Origin: the human T2T-CHM13v2.0 reference genome, Homo sapiens
Length of the DNA: 64,000 bases
Strand: one strand, 5' to 3'
NCBI RefSeq assembly: GCF_009914755.1
Contig: NC_060929.1
Shown: positions 26,146 through 39,100 of the stretch, piece after piece
How positions within the stretch are numbered: position 1 is the first letter of the stretch
How the letters are laid out: every line of letters starts with the position of its first letter
The notes under the pieces: model-generated
The model's database searches: none
Told to the model about the DNA's origin: nothing
The model's input: only the letters and a program-made list of their open reading frames with translations
Position numbers and translations under genes: made by a program

Positions 26146-26826
26146 CACAAACTTCTATACTACTAGTCTGAGTCAAACATTAATTTGTATTCGAAGAAAT
26201 AATCCAACATAAATCAACCCTTCAGCAAACACACGTGCACAAATATGCATATCCCACACACATATAAAGAAAAGAAACAAATAGAAAGTAAAACACCCTA
26301 CCCAATTATAAATAAAACTCAAAACTCATAACATTTTTTATCCAAAGGTACCCCAAATACAACGCGTGCTTATTTTCTTTCTCCCACCCAAATCTGGTCC
26401 TTCTCCTGTATTCCTGAATTTGGTTGGTGATAATACCACCCATTGGCCACCAAAATTAGAAACCATGGAATCTTTTTACTTCCTTCTTGCTAACCTTCCT
26501 CTCTGCTAGTGCCAAAGCACTAGACTTAGAAGTTGGAATACTCCTTAATGAATCCTTTTTTCTCTATTTCTTCTGCCAATGCTTAAAAGTGATCTTCAGA
26601 TTTTTTTTTCGGCTTCCCTATCTCCTAAAATACTTATGAAAAACTTTGTAACCCCGAACATTATCAAACTTTCCTCTAAAGTGTTTCATCATAATTTCAA
26701 ATATTTACAAAGGATATAATTTCTAACATATTATGAATACTGACATTTGAAAAGTACTTTATTACTCATTGTTGGTCTTTAAAATGAATCTAATGAAACC
26801 TAAAAACAAGTGTTGATACCACCGCC

Positions 26827-27149
26827 TTTTTTTTTTTTTTTTTGAGACAGAGTCTTGCTCTGTCACCCAGGCTGGAGTGCGGTAGTGCTATCTTGGCTCA
26901 CTGCAATTTCTAACTCTGGGTTCAAAGAGTCTTGTGCCTCAGCCTTCCAAGTAGCTGGGATTACAGGCTTGTGCCACCATGCCTGGCTAATTTTTGTATT
27001 TTTAGTAGGGATGAGGTTTCACCATTTTGTCTCAGGCTGGTCTCAAACATCTTGGCCAGCCTGGTCTCAAACTCCTGACTGCAAGTGATCCGTCTACCTC
27101 AGCCTCCCAAAGTGCTAGGATTACAGGCGTAAGCGACTGTGCCCAGCCC
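26827..27149 (-). mobile_element. Alu (S/J) with small internal duplication
   Basis: Poly-T then dimeric Alu; ctggtctcaaac occurs twice at ~27038-27072. Confidence 0.9.
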
Positions 27150-27169
27150 ATTACCCATTTTAAAAATAC

Positions 27170-28350
27170 ATGTTTCATCAAATGGTGTTGGTACCATTGG
27201 ATGTCCTGTGAAAACATTTGAAACTCATATTTTACACAAGAATTAACTCAAAATTATCACAGACCTAAATGTAAAACCTAAAACTAAAAAACTCCTAGGA
27301 GAAAACATAGGAGAAAATCTTTGCAATCTTGGGTGAGGGCAAAGAGATTTTAGATGTGACACCAAAAGCACAATCTATAAAAGAATAACAATTGATACAT
27401 GAGACCTATCAGAATGAAAATAATTTGCACTGTGAAAGTCACTGCTAAGAGGATGAAAAGACAAGCCATTGACTGAGAGAAAATATTTGTAGATCACATA
27501 TCTGGCAAAGGACTTATCTGGCAAAAGACTTGTTTCTCTCAAAATTATAGTAAGAAAATAACACAATGTTTTGACGAAATATTTGAACACTTCACCAAAA
27601 AAGACGTATGGATGGCAAATAAGCAAATGAAAACATGTTCATCATTAGGGAAATGCAAATTAAAACTACAATGAGAAGATACCATTTTGTAGCTAGAAGG
27701 ATGGCTAAATACAGATCTGACAATACTAAGTGCTAGTGGAGATATTAAGTAACTGGAACTTCCATGCGTTGCTGGTGGGAATGTAAAACTGTAGAGCCTT
27801 TAAAATGATACAAAAACAGTTTGAGTTTCTTTTGAAGTTTAACCTGTACTTGCCATATGACTCAGCAATCCCACTCCTGGGTATTTGCCCCAGTGAGATG
27901 AAAATTTATGTTCTCACAAAGACCAGTATGCAAATGCTTACAGCAAATGTTTATTCATAATGGCCAAAAACTGAAAACAACTGAAATGTCCTTCAACCAG
28001 TTAATGAATAAACAAACTGATACATCCATCCAATGGAATACTACTCACCAGTTAAAAGGAATGAATTATTGATAAGCGTAATGAAATGGTTGAAGCCAGA
28101 CCTCAAAAATTATATGATTCCACTTAAATGATGTTTGAGAGAAGATAAAACTATAAGTATACAGAGCATATCAGTGGTCACCGATGACTGGGATTAGGGG
28201 AAAGAACTGTCTACAAAGAAGCAGCATATGGGAATTTTGAGGGTGCAGGTGATGATGCTGTTCTGCATCTTGATTGTGGTGGTGAATACATTTGCCAAAA
28301 CCCATAGAACTGTAAATCACAAAGGAAGAATTTTACTGTATATAAAAATT
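27170..28350 (+). mobile_element. L1M (L1MB/MC-like) ORF2 end and 3' UTR
   Basis: agacctaaatgtaaaacc...ggagaaaatctttgcaatcttggg...gcaatcccactcctgggtattt. Confidence 0.85.
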
Positions 28351-28483
28351 TTTAGAACATATATATATGCACACATATATGGCTGACTGCCACTACTACT
28401 ACTTGAGTCCGTCACTACAGCAGTTACTACTGTTACTGCTTGAGACCATCATTACAAGACAGAACAAGCTTCTTTGGTTAATT

Positions 28484-28606
28484 ACCGTGGGGTAAAAATT
28501 TCCACTGTTAATCAGAAAGAGCCTGTTTCTCATTAACAGAAGGCACAGAGAAAGCAAATTGAGGCTTATCCTTTTCGCACAACAGTATAGCAAAAAGCAA
28601 TCCTTA
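28484..28606 (-). pseudogene. pol: Reverse transcriptase fragment
   Basis: Manual translation KDCF/FAILLCEKDKPQFAFSVPSVNEKQALSD*QWKFLPHG (one frameshift) matches the betaretroviral RT block KDCFF...FAF...YQWKVLPQG. Confidence 0.75.
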
Positions 28607-28609
28607 AAC

Positions 28610-29010
28610 CTTCAATTTGCACTGTACAGGTGGGTCCACGAGATGCTACAGGTTGTGATAGATAAATCTCTGTCCTAGTTGCACTTCCAAATCCCTGACC
28701 TCCTTGCTTCTTACGTAGAGAAGGGTACAATGTACAGGGAATAAGCAACAGTTGAGCAACGTATTCTCCTGGTTCAAAAACCCAAAGATCTTGTGACATT
28801 ACCACTACCTGAATTTCTCCTTCACAATCAGAATCAACAACTCCTGGGCCTGTAAGTTAAGACAGATTTTACCAAAATCAATCCCATGTATCTTGTTGGC
28901 AAAGGTCCCCAAATACCAATGGGAATCTTAGTGAGTTTGTTTCTTTCAATTAACATAATTTGTTCTCTAGAAGATCTAATCCTGCGTTCCCAGGTGCTCC
29001 TGGGGAGAGG
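28610..29010 (-). pseudogene. pro: dUTPase / protease N-terminal remnant
   Basis: PGNAGLDL, EPGEYVAQLLLIP and GGQGFGS dUTPase motifs followed by PTCTVQIEG. Confidence 0.8.
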
Positions 29011-29522
29011 GAATCAATGTGCCTCTGGAAACCCACCCCTGAAATGGAGTTGTGGCCTGGACGGGGAATACCCTCATAGTTTGAGGTTCCCGGGTCCAGG
29101 CCCCCTTCTCGCTTCCCGACAGGGAGGTGCCATTTTGATGAAGTTTTGGGTGGCATTGATTAGCCCAGAGATTTCCTTTTTTTACAACAAGGGCAAAGTC
29201 CTGGCATTTTTCTGTTGTGGGGGGAACTGCATTATAAAATCCCTTCTGCCCAGAGGTCTGGCGGTGTTCTTTTTTTGAAACATCCAATTTTTCTACACTA
29301 ACAACTCTTCCCCACTTTAGGGCTTAACCCTTGGCTTCTTTTAGATCTGTCAGTCACCAAATTAGCCATTGCCCAAGCCAATACTGCAGAGCAATGAAGC
29401 TCAGTTCCCACATCTTGACAAGCTCCGAGAAAACCTCTCAAGTCCTCTGCAAATCTCACAGGTGCCAGCGCACGTTTACAATCCACAAAAGCCAAAGCTA
29501 ACGTTAGCCTTTCTGTAGCCAC
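28976..29522 (-). pseudogene. gag: Betaretroviral gag remnant (capsid C-terminus and nucleocapsid)
   Basis: DCKRALAPVR...FLGACQDVGTELH; degenerate zinc knuckle KKGNLWANQCHPK; frameshifted. Confidence 0.8.
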
Positions 29523-30205
29523 AAAAGAAGACAGTACAAGCCAATTTCCATTCTCCCTTTCCTGCTCACCACTTTCTATAGGTGCTGTAGGTGGGGCAAA
29601 AAAATTCTCTCAAACCCTGAAATAATAAAAAGGTGGTACGTAAAAAACTCCAAACAAAAAAGAGAAAAGAAATAACCAAATTCTTCCTCGTGTTACACTG
29701 ATTCAAAAACTTCCCATTCTTTGTACCTCTAGGGCACTGACCGGTACCTTTAGAGCACTGACCTTAGATTGCTGCTGGTAGACTTGTAACGGGGTTTCTC
29801 GTTCATCTAGTTGGTTTTAGTTTTTTTCCTCTGGACTTCAGCTTTTTGTTTTGCTCCAGCAGACCTTCCTCATTCAAGTCCCTATAAGACCCTATCTGTC
29901 CCGCAAATTTCTGCTAGTCTTTGCTAGCCTCTACTTTTGTACCTCTTTAGGGCACTGACCTTATATTGCTAGTCTTTATCTATACCTATCTGTCCCTATG
30001 GTACCTGTTAGTTCCTGCAAGTCCCTGTCTTTCCCCTCTCTCTCCCTTTCTCCTCTCTCCCTAATCTCTACCTACTTATCCATACCTACTTATCTCTATT
30101 TGTCTCTATCCCTATTTCTTTCTGTTTATCTCTATTTATACCTGCAGGCTTCTTCAGGTCTCTTCAGGTCTCTTCAGGTCTCTTTTTGCCCCTGACGTCC
30201 TTCAT

Positions 30206-30227
30206 GTCCCTGTCCATCCAGGCGCCA
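30206..30227 (-). other. Retroviral primer-binding site (tRNA-Lys3 type)
   Basis: TGGCGCCTGGATGGACAGGGAC vs canonical TGGCGCCCGAACAGGGAC, 2 nt downstream of the 5' LTR. Confidence 0.8.
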
Positions 30228-30778
30228 CTTGTGACTGACAGCCACTACTACTACTTGAGACTGTCACTACAGCGGTTACTGCTCTTACTGCTTTAGACCA
30301 TCATTGCAAGACTGAACAAAGGGACAAATGTAGAAACGAAAACTTAAGACAAAAGAAACTGTTTTAAGGAAAGGCTAGCATGGGGAAGAAGACGAGAGAG
30401 TCCTGCTTCTAATGAGCAAAGGCAGTCTCTGAGGTGCTATAGCGCTTTGTATTTATTGGGTAAAAAGAGTAAGGAGGAGGAGGTAATGATTGGTCAGCTG
30501 CTTAATTGATCACAGGTTCATATTGTTACTGACAGGCTTCAATTATGCCTAATCATAAGAAACATTTGTGCGGCCTCCAACACACATACACTGCATCTTT
30601 AATAATTGATTTTTATCATTCCTTTTTCTCTTTAAATTCACATTTCCATTTTACCCCCTCCAAGAATTTTATCCTAATGTAATATATTTTTAAACTTGAA
30701 AGTCTCTTATTGGTCACCCCATTATACTTCTCTTTCACAAAGTATATATAAATTGAAATTTGAAATGTTGAAAAAAAG

Positions 30779-31042
30779 TTTTTTTTTTGAGACAGAGTTT
30801 TCTCTTGTTGCCCAGGCTGGAGTACAGTGGTGCAATCTTGGCTCACTGCAACCTCCACCTCCCAGGTTCAAGCAATTCTGCTGCCTCAGCCTCCTGAGTT
30901 GCTGGGATTACAGGTGCCCACCATGATGCCCGGCTAATTTTTTGTATTTTTAGTAGAGATGGGATTTCACCGTGTTGGCCAGGCTGGTCTCAAACTGCTG
31001 ATCTCAGGTGATCTTTCCACACTGGCATCCCAAAGTGCTGGG
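30779..31042 (-). mobile_element. AluS, 5'-truncated
   Basis: Poly-T, gagttttctcttgttgccc..., stops at aaagtgctggga. Confidence 0.9.
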
Positions 31043-33007
31043 AGAAAAATTTTTTTACATGATCGTAAATCTACATGTAATTTTAAAATACTGGTAAGAG
31101 TATTTTTGACATTAATAGTAGTAAAAATTGAACCAAAACAGCATAAATATATTATAAATGTGGGTAATTAATACACATTAATTTATATAAAATACATTTG
31201 CATTAAAGTTCACAAAAGTAAACGTTTTTGGAAAAAATCTCTCTTAATGAGATTGATATCTATATCTTTGATTGTCCTATTGTTGGCATCTTCTCTTCTC
31301 CCCCAGAGTGTTTTCACACTGAGACATTACACCATAGTGAGGCTCTGGGTGGGTGAGAGGGAGGCCTTTCTGTCATGAAGGAATGGGTGATTGTGAAAGA
31401 AGATGCAGTGCAGCCATTGCAGGCAAGTGCTCAGCCTGGCCAATTTGAGAAAAGAGAATGGAAGGAGGCTGAAGATCTGCCTGGGTAGCTCTTCAAAAGA
31501 CTTAGATTCCTGTCCCCTGAGAGTTCAATCTTTCCCTTTTCTGCCTGGGCCATTCCAACAGCTTTAATCCCTGGTCTCCTTGCCTCTTGTCTTAGCCCTT
31601 CTGAGCTGTCCTCCACCCATCCATCAAGCTTGACCTGAATGACAAACGCGACCATTTTCTTCCTTGGCTTACCAAGTTCACTGCCAAAGTCCACCCTGCC
31701 CCCAACTCCATACACAACATCCTCTTTTCTGCAGCATCCAAATTCCATAGCCGTTCCCTTCAGGATCTGGCTTAGAACACCACACTGTAGCTTTATTTGC
31801 CTTACCTCTGCCCTATGCCACCATCTCCCCTTCTAGTCTGGATATTTTGAGAACTCCTTTCATAAATCTCTCAGCTCTGAATTCCTGCCTAGCAGAGTGC
31901 CCGTCATGAAATTGGCTTTTGAGGAGGGGAAGTAAATTAAATGCCAGAGAAACAAAAAAAAGAATACTGATATTTCTTTTTGATTCTTCATAAAGTGTTT
32001 CAATGTGGAGTAGAAAGAGACAGAGAGAGTTTACACCTATCAAACATTAAGGCTGATAGGATCTTAAAATGATTGGTCCATGCCTGTGTGGCATTTTTAT
32101 ATTCTCATGGAAGAGACATGCCAGATGTGGGCCTTGCCTTTTTGGGCCATAAAGTCCAGTGAAGAAGGGGCCATGTGTGTGTTCTCTTCATTCCTTCACA
32201 GAGGGTGGGCTCTAAATATATATTAAATGACAATGAATTGCCAGAGGGTTAGGCTGGTTTGTTACTCTTGGCACTTGGGCTAACCATGGTAATGTTAATA
32301 ATGCAATTCCCCTTTTGAACACAGCCCCTTTTCACCCACAATATGACATAATGTGGCTTTGAAGTCTCATTTTATGAAACAGAGAACAAAAACAATGTTA
32401 GCATTATAAAGTTCCAATACTGCATTTCACCTGAATGCATCTTTTAATTGTACTTCCATTAAAAAAAGATGCTTTGTTGCAGCAATAGAGATGTCTCAGA
32501 ATCTGCCCAAGGAGGAAAGGGAATAAAGAAAACAATTGCCAAGTCATTGGCAATGTGCAGATTTGTTTAACAGTTTCAGCCTACATAGGAAGTTGCGTGC
32601 TCTACACTGGACTCCAAATCAAGTTCTTGCCATCTTGATTTCTGAGAAAGGGAAATTCCACAGAGTCAAGTAACAGTATCAGCCGCCAGCCTTCATGTTG
32701 GTAGAGGTCAAGGTCCAACCACAGAATACCTTTGGGTTCATGGTTCCCATCTCCATGAGAGGCTGACTGGCAGCATTGTAATATTTTCCTTTTAGTTATT
32801 ATAACAATCCACAAGTTTTTATTCAATTTGGCATCTCCATTGGCTCTCAGATAGTATGTCACTGACACATTTGAGCCTCTTAGAAGCCCTGGAGCTCCCT
32901 AGCAAGGTGAGTAAAGGGAGCCATTCACAGAGGCAGCCACAGGCTTGGGGATTAGTTACCATGCACTGTTCGTCTGACCTTCTTTCTCGTTCCATGCCCA
33001 TAGTTGC

Positions 33008-33435
33008 TGCTGTAGTTTAAATATCTGTCCCCTCCAAAACTCATGTTGAAATTGAATCCCCAATGTGGCAGTATTGAGAGGTGGAACCTTTAAGAGGTGA
33101 TTGGGTCATGAGGGCTCTGCCTTCTTAAAGGGGTTAAACCATTCATGGATTAATGGGTTAATGGATTAATGGGAAATCATGAGACGGGACTAGTGACTTT
33201 ACAAAAAGAGGAATAGAGGCCTGAGTGAGCACACTTGGCTCCCTCACCACGTAATGCCCTGTGCTTCTTTGGGATGCCACAGGGAGTCTCCCACCAGCAC
33301 GAAGGCTCTCACCAGATGTGGCCCCTTGACCTTGAACTTCTCAACCTCCATAACTGTAAGAAATAAAATAAATTCTTTTTCTTTATAAATTACCCAGTTT
33401 CAGGTATTCTACGTAACAGACAAGAGACTAAGAAA
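33008..33435 (+). mobile_element. MSTB/MSTC-type MaLR LTR
   Basis: gtcccctccaaaactcatgttgaaatt...ttctttataaattacccagtttcaggtattct. Confidence 0.85.
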
Positions 33436-33556
33436 GTTACTTTGATAGATTTCCCAAACTACTGAGATTCCCAACAACTTTAAAGAGCTCAGTGCATAAC
33501 ATTGTAAATTGGGTAGATGGAATGAGTCTGGAAATCCAGGTAGAGAAGCCTGTTGA

Positions 33557-33865
<309 letters not shown>

Positions 33866-36033
33866 CCTGTTGACTTGTAAACTGAAAGAAAGCAATGGTA
33901 CAGATGCATGTAATCAAGAGTATGTGGCAGGAGGGGTCAAAAAGAAAGAGCTGAGTGTTCAACTATGAGAAGAAAAAATAAATACCTTGCTTCCCTCTCT
34001 TCCGTAGCCAGTTGGATATAGTGTGGTTCTTCATTATTAAATGTCCCCTGAAGAAAGCTAAGGGAACAGAGAGACATTCTAGTGTCCTACTTTGGCCTAT
34101 AGGTAGTGGCAGCTCAGGATAAACAGGTAGATTAGAAGAATGGAGATGGGATAGGGAAGGGAGAAACTTTCTAGAGGGTGTTGGTGCTGGATGTCTTAGT
34201 CTTTCAGGAAGTAGGGAAGATACTGCTTTTCTGGGAAGGGAATTATGCTAAAAGGAACAGGCATGCTTAGCTGTATGCTCAGGGAGGTAGGCAGCATGAC
34301 CTATTGCCATGAGGTGGGAGTGAAATATTCTAGGTAGCTCTGATAGGAATAGACTCCTTGGCTGGGATCATGCCTATTCTTCTCCGAAGATTTCCACCTC
34401 CGAACTGTAGCCCCTTGAAGAATTATAGCCTATATGCATTTCTTTATCCCTTCACCCATATTCACTCTGAATATTATAGTATGAGATCTATTTAAGTGAG
34501 GAAAAACTCCAAATAGTTGTAAGTTTTGAGCCATAAGACAAAAAATACTTAGAACAAGAAATAGACTCATAAACTAAGCTTAAGTTACAAGGGGACCATA
34601 GGGATAATCTGGAGACAATACTTTTATTGTACATATGAGGCAAACAAAACAAAACAACAACAAATGGTTTGCCGGAGTCACACACCCAAAGAAGTAGGAG
34701 AACTAAAAGAGGAATTCATGGTGAGCAATCAGAAATTCACTATAATTTCTTCTTCACCAAGCTGTTTTAGCACAAGGACCATTCAACTGTCTGTGTGTGT
34801 GCTGCACGTGTGTGAGAAGTGGGCACACAGCATGCCCACCTACATATTTTGGAGCTGATCTATACTAATCCTTAGCGATGACACACTTTGTAGATTCTAG
34901 GACTTCATAATACACACATACCCCCTGCCTGGCTGTGGTGATGGACAAACACAGCTACACCTACTTTTTTGGCTCTTTTAAGGAGGCTGACCCACTGACT
35001 TACAAGTTGTTGGCTAGCGTGGGGAATGATTCACTTCCTCTGGAAGACATCAATGACTCCTAATACACTTATGACTCCTTGGTTGTTGGTAGGTGGGGCC
35101 CAGGCTAACCCCACCCTGGGCCTATGTGGTCCGTGGTTTTGAGGGTGGGCAGCAGTGCCAATCCCTGCTCTGAGTAGGCCTGTGTCTTTCTGAAGCATTC
35201 TTGTCCATCTGACCTACTCTGGCCCTGCCAAATTCATTGCAGTAACAGGCCTCATTTGGCACCATTTTTAGGGTCTTATTTACCTCCATAAACATGGGGA
35301 AAGACGGGAAATTAGCTTATTAGTTAACACAAATTACCTATTCTCTTTAAAAGTATAATTTAAAAAATCTGCTATGAACATTTATTAGACATATTAATGC
35401 CAGCCCTGGGAAAATTAACACATGCAGGACCTCACTGTGCTGAGTCTTAATTATGCTTCACTTGCACTGAGGAATTGGCATTTGATTCTTTCCAAACTGT
35501 GCTATTGGCTGACCTTGCCGGTATTAGGTCATTAAACACCAGTAATTCTTATCCAGATTCTCTGCAGACACCGTGCATTTGAGCAATCATTTGTTTTACT
35601 GTCCCTCTTTGCTAAAGCATCTGTTGTAAGTGGCATTGTTCCAATCCTACTTATTCAACAAATTAAACTTTCCCAGGAACAAATAATCATCCCTAGAATT
35701 CCTCGAACTACCCTGGCTTCCAATGGGCCCACTTAGAAACACAGCCTGGTAAAAGCTGAAGGGTGATAAGGCTACCAAAAATGGGTGTTCCAAATCTTGC
35801 ATGGTGGTCTCCCTGGTTTGCACTGAGGGTAGAATCCCACATACCACAAAGGATGTGATATGCAGATGAGGATACAAGCTCCTCCCAGGCAGGGCCAGCT
35901 TATGGGATCTGTCAGATAATGCAAGAAATATTTGGGAACGCTAACTATTTAAACTTCATATTGTCCCACAGTTCTGCTGGAACCCCACAGTAAATACTTT
36001 CTATAGTCCCCGGGGAACACATTATTATAGTTT

Positions 36034-36084
36034 TCAATATTGATTTAGCCGCAATGTCTAAATCAATATTGAGACATCGTGGCT
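36034..36084. repeat. Interlocked inverted repeats
   Basis: Perfect 15-bp arms 36034-36048 / 36058-36072; second 11/13 pair 36047-36059 / 36072-36084. Confidence 0.9.
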
Positions 36085-36119
36085 TTTAAAGTTGATCTCA
36101 GGAAAGGACCCCTCTACTC

Positions 36120-39100
36120 CTTTTTTTTATTTTTATTTTTTATTTTTTCATTTCAATAGGTTTTTGCGGAACAGGTGGTGTTTGATTACATGAATAAGTT
36201 CTTTTTTTTTTTTTTTTGAGATGGAGTCTCGCTCTGTCACCCAGGCTGGAGTGTAGTGGCACAATCTCAGCTCACTGCAACCTCTGCCTCCAGTTTAAAG
36301 CAATTCTTCTGCCTCAGCCTCCTGAGTAGCTGGGACTACAGGCATGTGCCACCATGCCTGGTTAATTTTTGTATTTTTTAGTAGAGACGGGGTTTCGCTA
36401 TGTTGGCCAGGCTGGTCTTGAACTCCTGACCTCGTGATCTGCCCACCTCAGCCTCCCAAAGTGCTGGGATTACAGGTATGAGCCACTGTGCCTGGCCACG
36501 AATAAGTTCTTTAGTGGTGATTTCTGAGATTTTGGTGCACCATCACCCGAGCAGTATACACTGTACCCAATGTGTAATCTTTTATCCCTCGTTACCCCTC
36601 ACACTTTCCTTCATGTCCCCAAAGTCCAATGTATCATTCTTATGCCTTTGTGCCTTCATAGCTTAGCTCTCACATGTGATAACATACGATGTTTGGTTTT
36701 CCATTTCTGAGTTACTTCACTTAGAATAATAGACTCCAATTCCATCCAGGTTGCTATGAATGCCATTATTTTGTTCCTTTTTATGGCTGACTAGTATTCC
36801 ATAGTATATATATGCACATTTTCTTTACCCACTCATTGATTGATGAGCATTTGAGGTGTTTCCATATTTTTGCAATTGCAAATTGTGCTGCTATAAACAT
36901 GTGTGCTAGTATCTTTTTCGTATAACGATGTCTTTTCCTCTGGGTAAATACCTAGTAATGGGATTGCTGGATTAAATGGCAGATCTACTTTTGGTTCTTT
37001 AAGGAATCTCCACACTGTTTTCCACAGTGGCTGTACTAGTTTACATTCCCACCAACAGTCTAAAAGTATTCTCTTTTCACTGCATCCATGCCAACATCTA
37101 TTACTATTATTTTTTTGATTATGGCCATTCTTGCAGCAGTGAGGTGGTATCATACTGTGTTTTTGATTTGCATTTCCCTGATCACTAGTGAGGTTGAGCA
37201 TTTTTCCATATGCTTGTTAGCCATTTATATATCTCTTTTTGAGAATTGTCTATTCATGTCCTTAGTCCACTTTTTGATGGGATTGTTTGTTTTTTCTTGC
37301 TGATTTGTTTTGGTTCTTTGTAGATTCTGGATATTAGTCCTTTGTCAGATGTATAGATTGTGAAGATTTTCTCCCATTCTGTGGGTTGTCTGTTAACTCT
37401 ACCTATTATTTCTTTCGCTGTGCAGATGCTTTTTAGTTTAATTAAGTCCCAACTATTTATCTTTGTTTTTGTTGCATTTGCTTTTGGGTTCTTGGTCATG
37501 AATTCTTTGCCTAACCAATGTCTAGAAGAGTTTTTCTGGTGTTATCTTCTAAAATCTTTATGGTTTCAGTTCTTAGATTTAAATCTTTGATCCATCTTTG
37601 TTGATTTTTTTATAAGGTGAGAGATGAGGATCCAGTTTCATTCTTCTACATGTGGCTTGCCAATTATCCCAGCATCTTTTGTTGAATAGGGTGTCTTTTC
37701 CCCACTTTATATTTTTGTTTGCTTTTTTGAAGGTCAGTTGGCTGTAAGTATTTGGCTTTATTTCTGGGTCTTCTGTTCTGTTCCTTTGGTCTATGTGCCA
37801 ATTTTTATACCAGTACCATACTGTTTGGGTGACTATGGCCTTATAGTATAGTTTGAAGTCAGGTAATGTGATGCCTCCAGATTTGTTCTTTTTGCTTAGT
37901 TTCACTTTGGCAATGTGGGCTCTTTTTAAGTTCCATATAAATTGTAGGATTGTTTTTCTAGTTCTGTAAAGAATGATGGTGGTATTTTGATGGGAATAGC
38001 ATTGAATTTGTAGATTGCTTTTGGCAGTATGGTCATTTTCACAATATTGATTCTATCCATCCATGAGCATGGGATGTGTTTCCATTTGTTTGTGTCCTCT
38101 ATGATTTATTTCAGCAGTGTTTTATAGTTTTCCTTGTAGAGGTCTTTTACCTCCTTGGTTAGGTATATTCCTAAGTATTTTATTTTATATATTTGTTGCA
38201 GCTGTTGTGAAAGAGGTTGTGTTCTTTATTTGATTCAGCTTGGTTGCTTTTGTTGTATAGCAGAGCTATTGATTTGTGTACACTCATTTTGTACCCTGAA
38301 ACTTTGCTGAATTCATTTACCAGTTCTAGGAGCTTTTTGGATGAGTCTTCAGGCTTTTCTAGTTATATGATCATATTATCAGCAAACAGTGACAGTTTGA
38401 CTTCTTCTTTATCGATATGGATGCTACTGATTTCTTTCTGTTGTCTGATTTCTCTGGCTAGGACTTCCAGTACTATGTTGAACAGAAGTGGTAAAAGTGG
38501 GCATACTTGTCTTGTTCCAGTTCTCAGGGGGAATGTTTTCAACTTTTCCCCTCTCAGTATAATGTTGGTTGTGGATTTGTCATAGATGGCTTTTATTACA
38601 TTAAGGTATGTCCCTTCTGTGCTGATTTTGCTCAGGGTTTTAATCATAAAGGGATGCTGGATTTGTCAAATGGTTTTTCTGCATCTGTTGAGATGATCGT
38701 GTGATTTTTGTTTTTCATTCTATTTATGTGGTGTATCCCATTTATTGACTTACGTGTCTTAAACCATCCCTGCATCCCTGGTATGTAACCTACTTGATCG
38801 TGGTGGATTATCTTTTTGATATGCTGTTGGATTCTGTTTGCTAGTATTTTGTTGAGGATTTTTGCATCTATGTTCATCATGGATATTGGTCTGTCGTTTT
38901 CTTTTTTGTTGTTGTTATATCCTCCCCTGATTTTGGTATTAGTGTTATTGGTCTGTTCAGAGATTCTATGTCTTCCTGGTTTAATCTAGGAGGATCGTAT
39001 ATTTCCAGGAATTTATCCATCTCCTCTAGGTTTCCTAGTTTATGCATGTAAATGTATTCATAGTAGCCCTGAATAATCTTTTGTGTTTCTCTGGTATCAG

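Larger units (their letters stand above)
28378..30582 (-). mobile_element. HERV-K HML-6 (HERVK3/LTR3-type) provirus, heavily deleted
   Basis: 5' LTR 30230-30582 starting TGTTGGAGGCCG; Lys3-type PBS; gag CA/NC, dUTPase-pro and RT remnants; 3' LTR remnant 28378-28467; perfect 6-bp TSD cacata (28372-28377 / 30583-30588). Confidence 0.85.
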
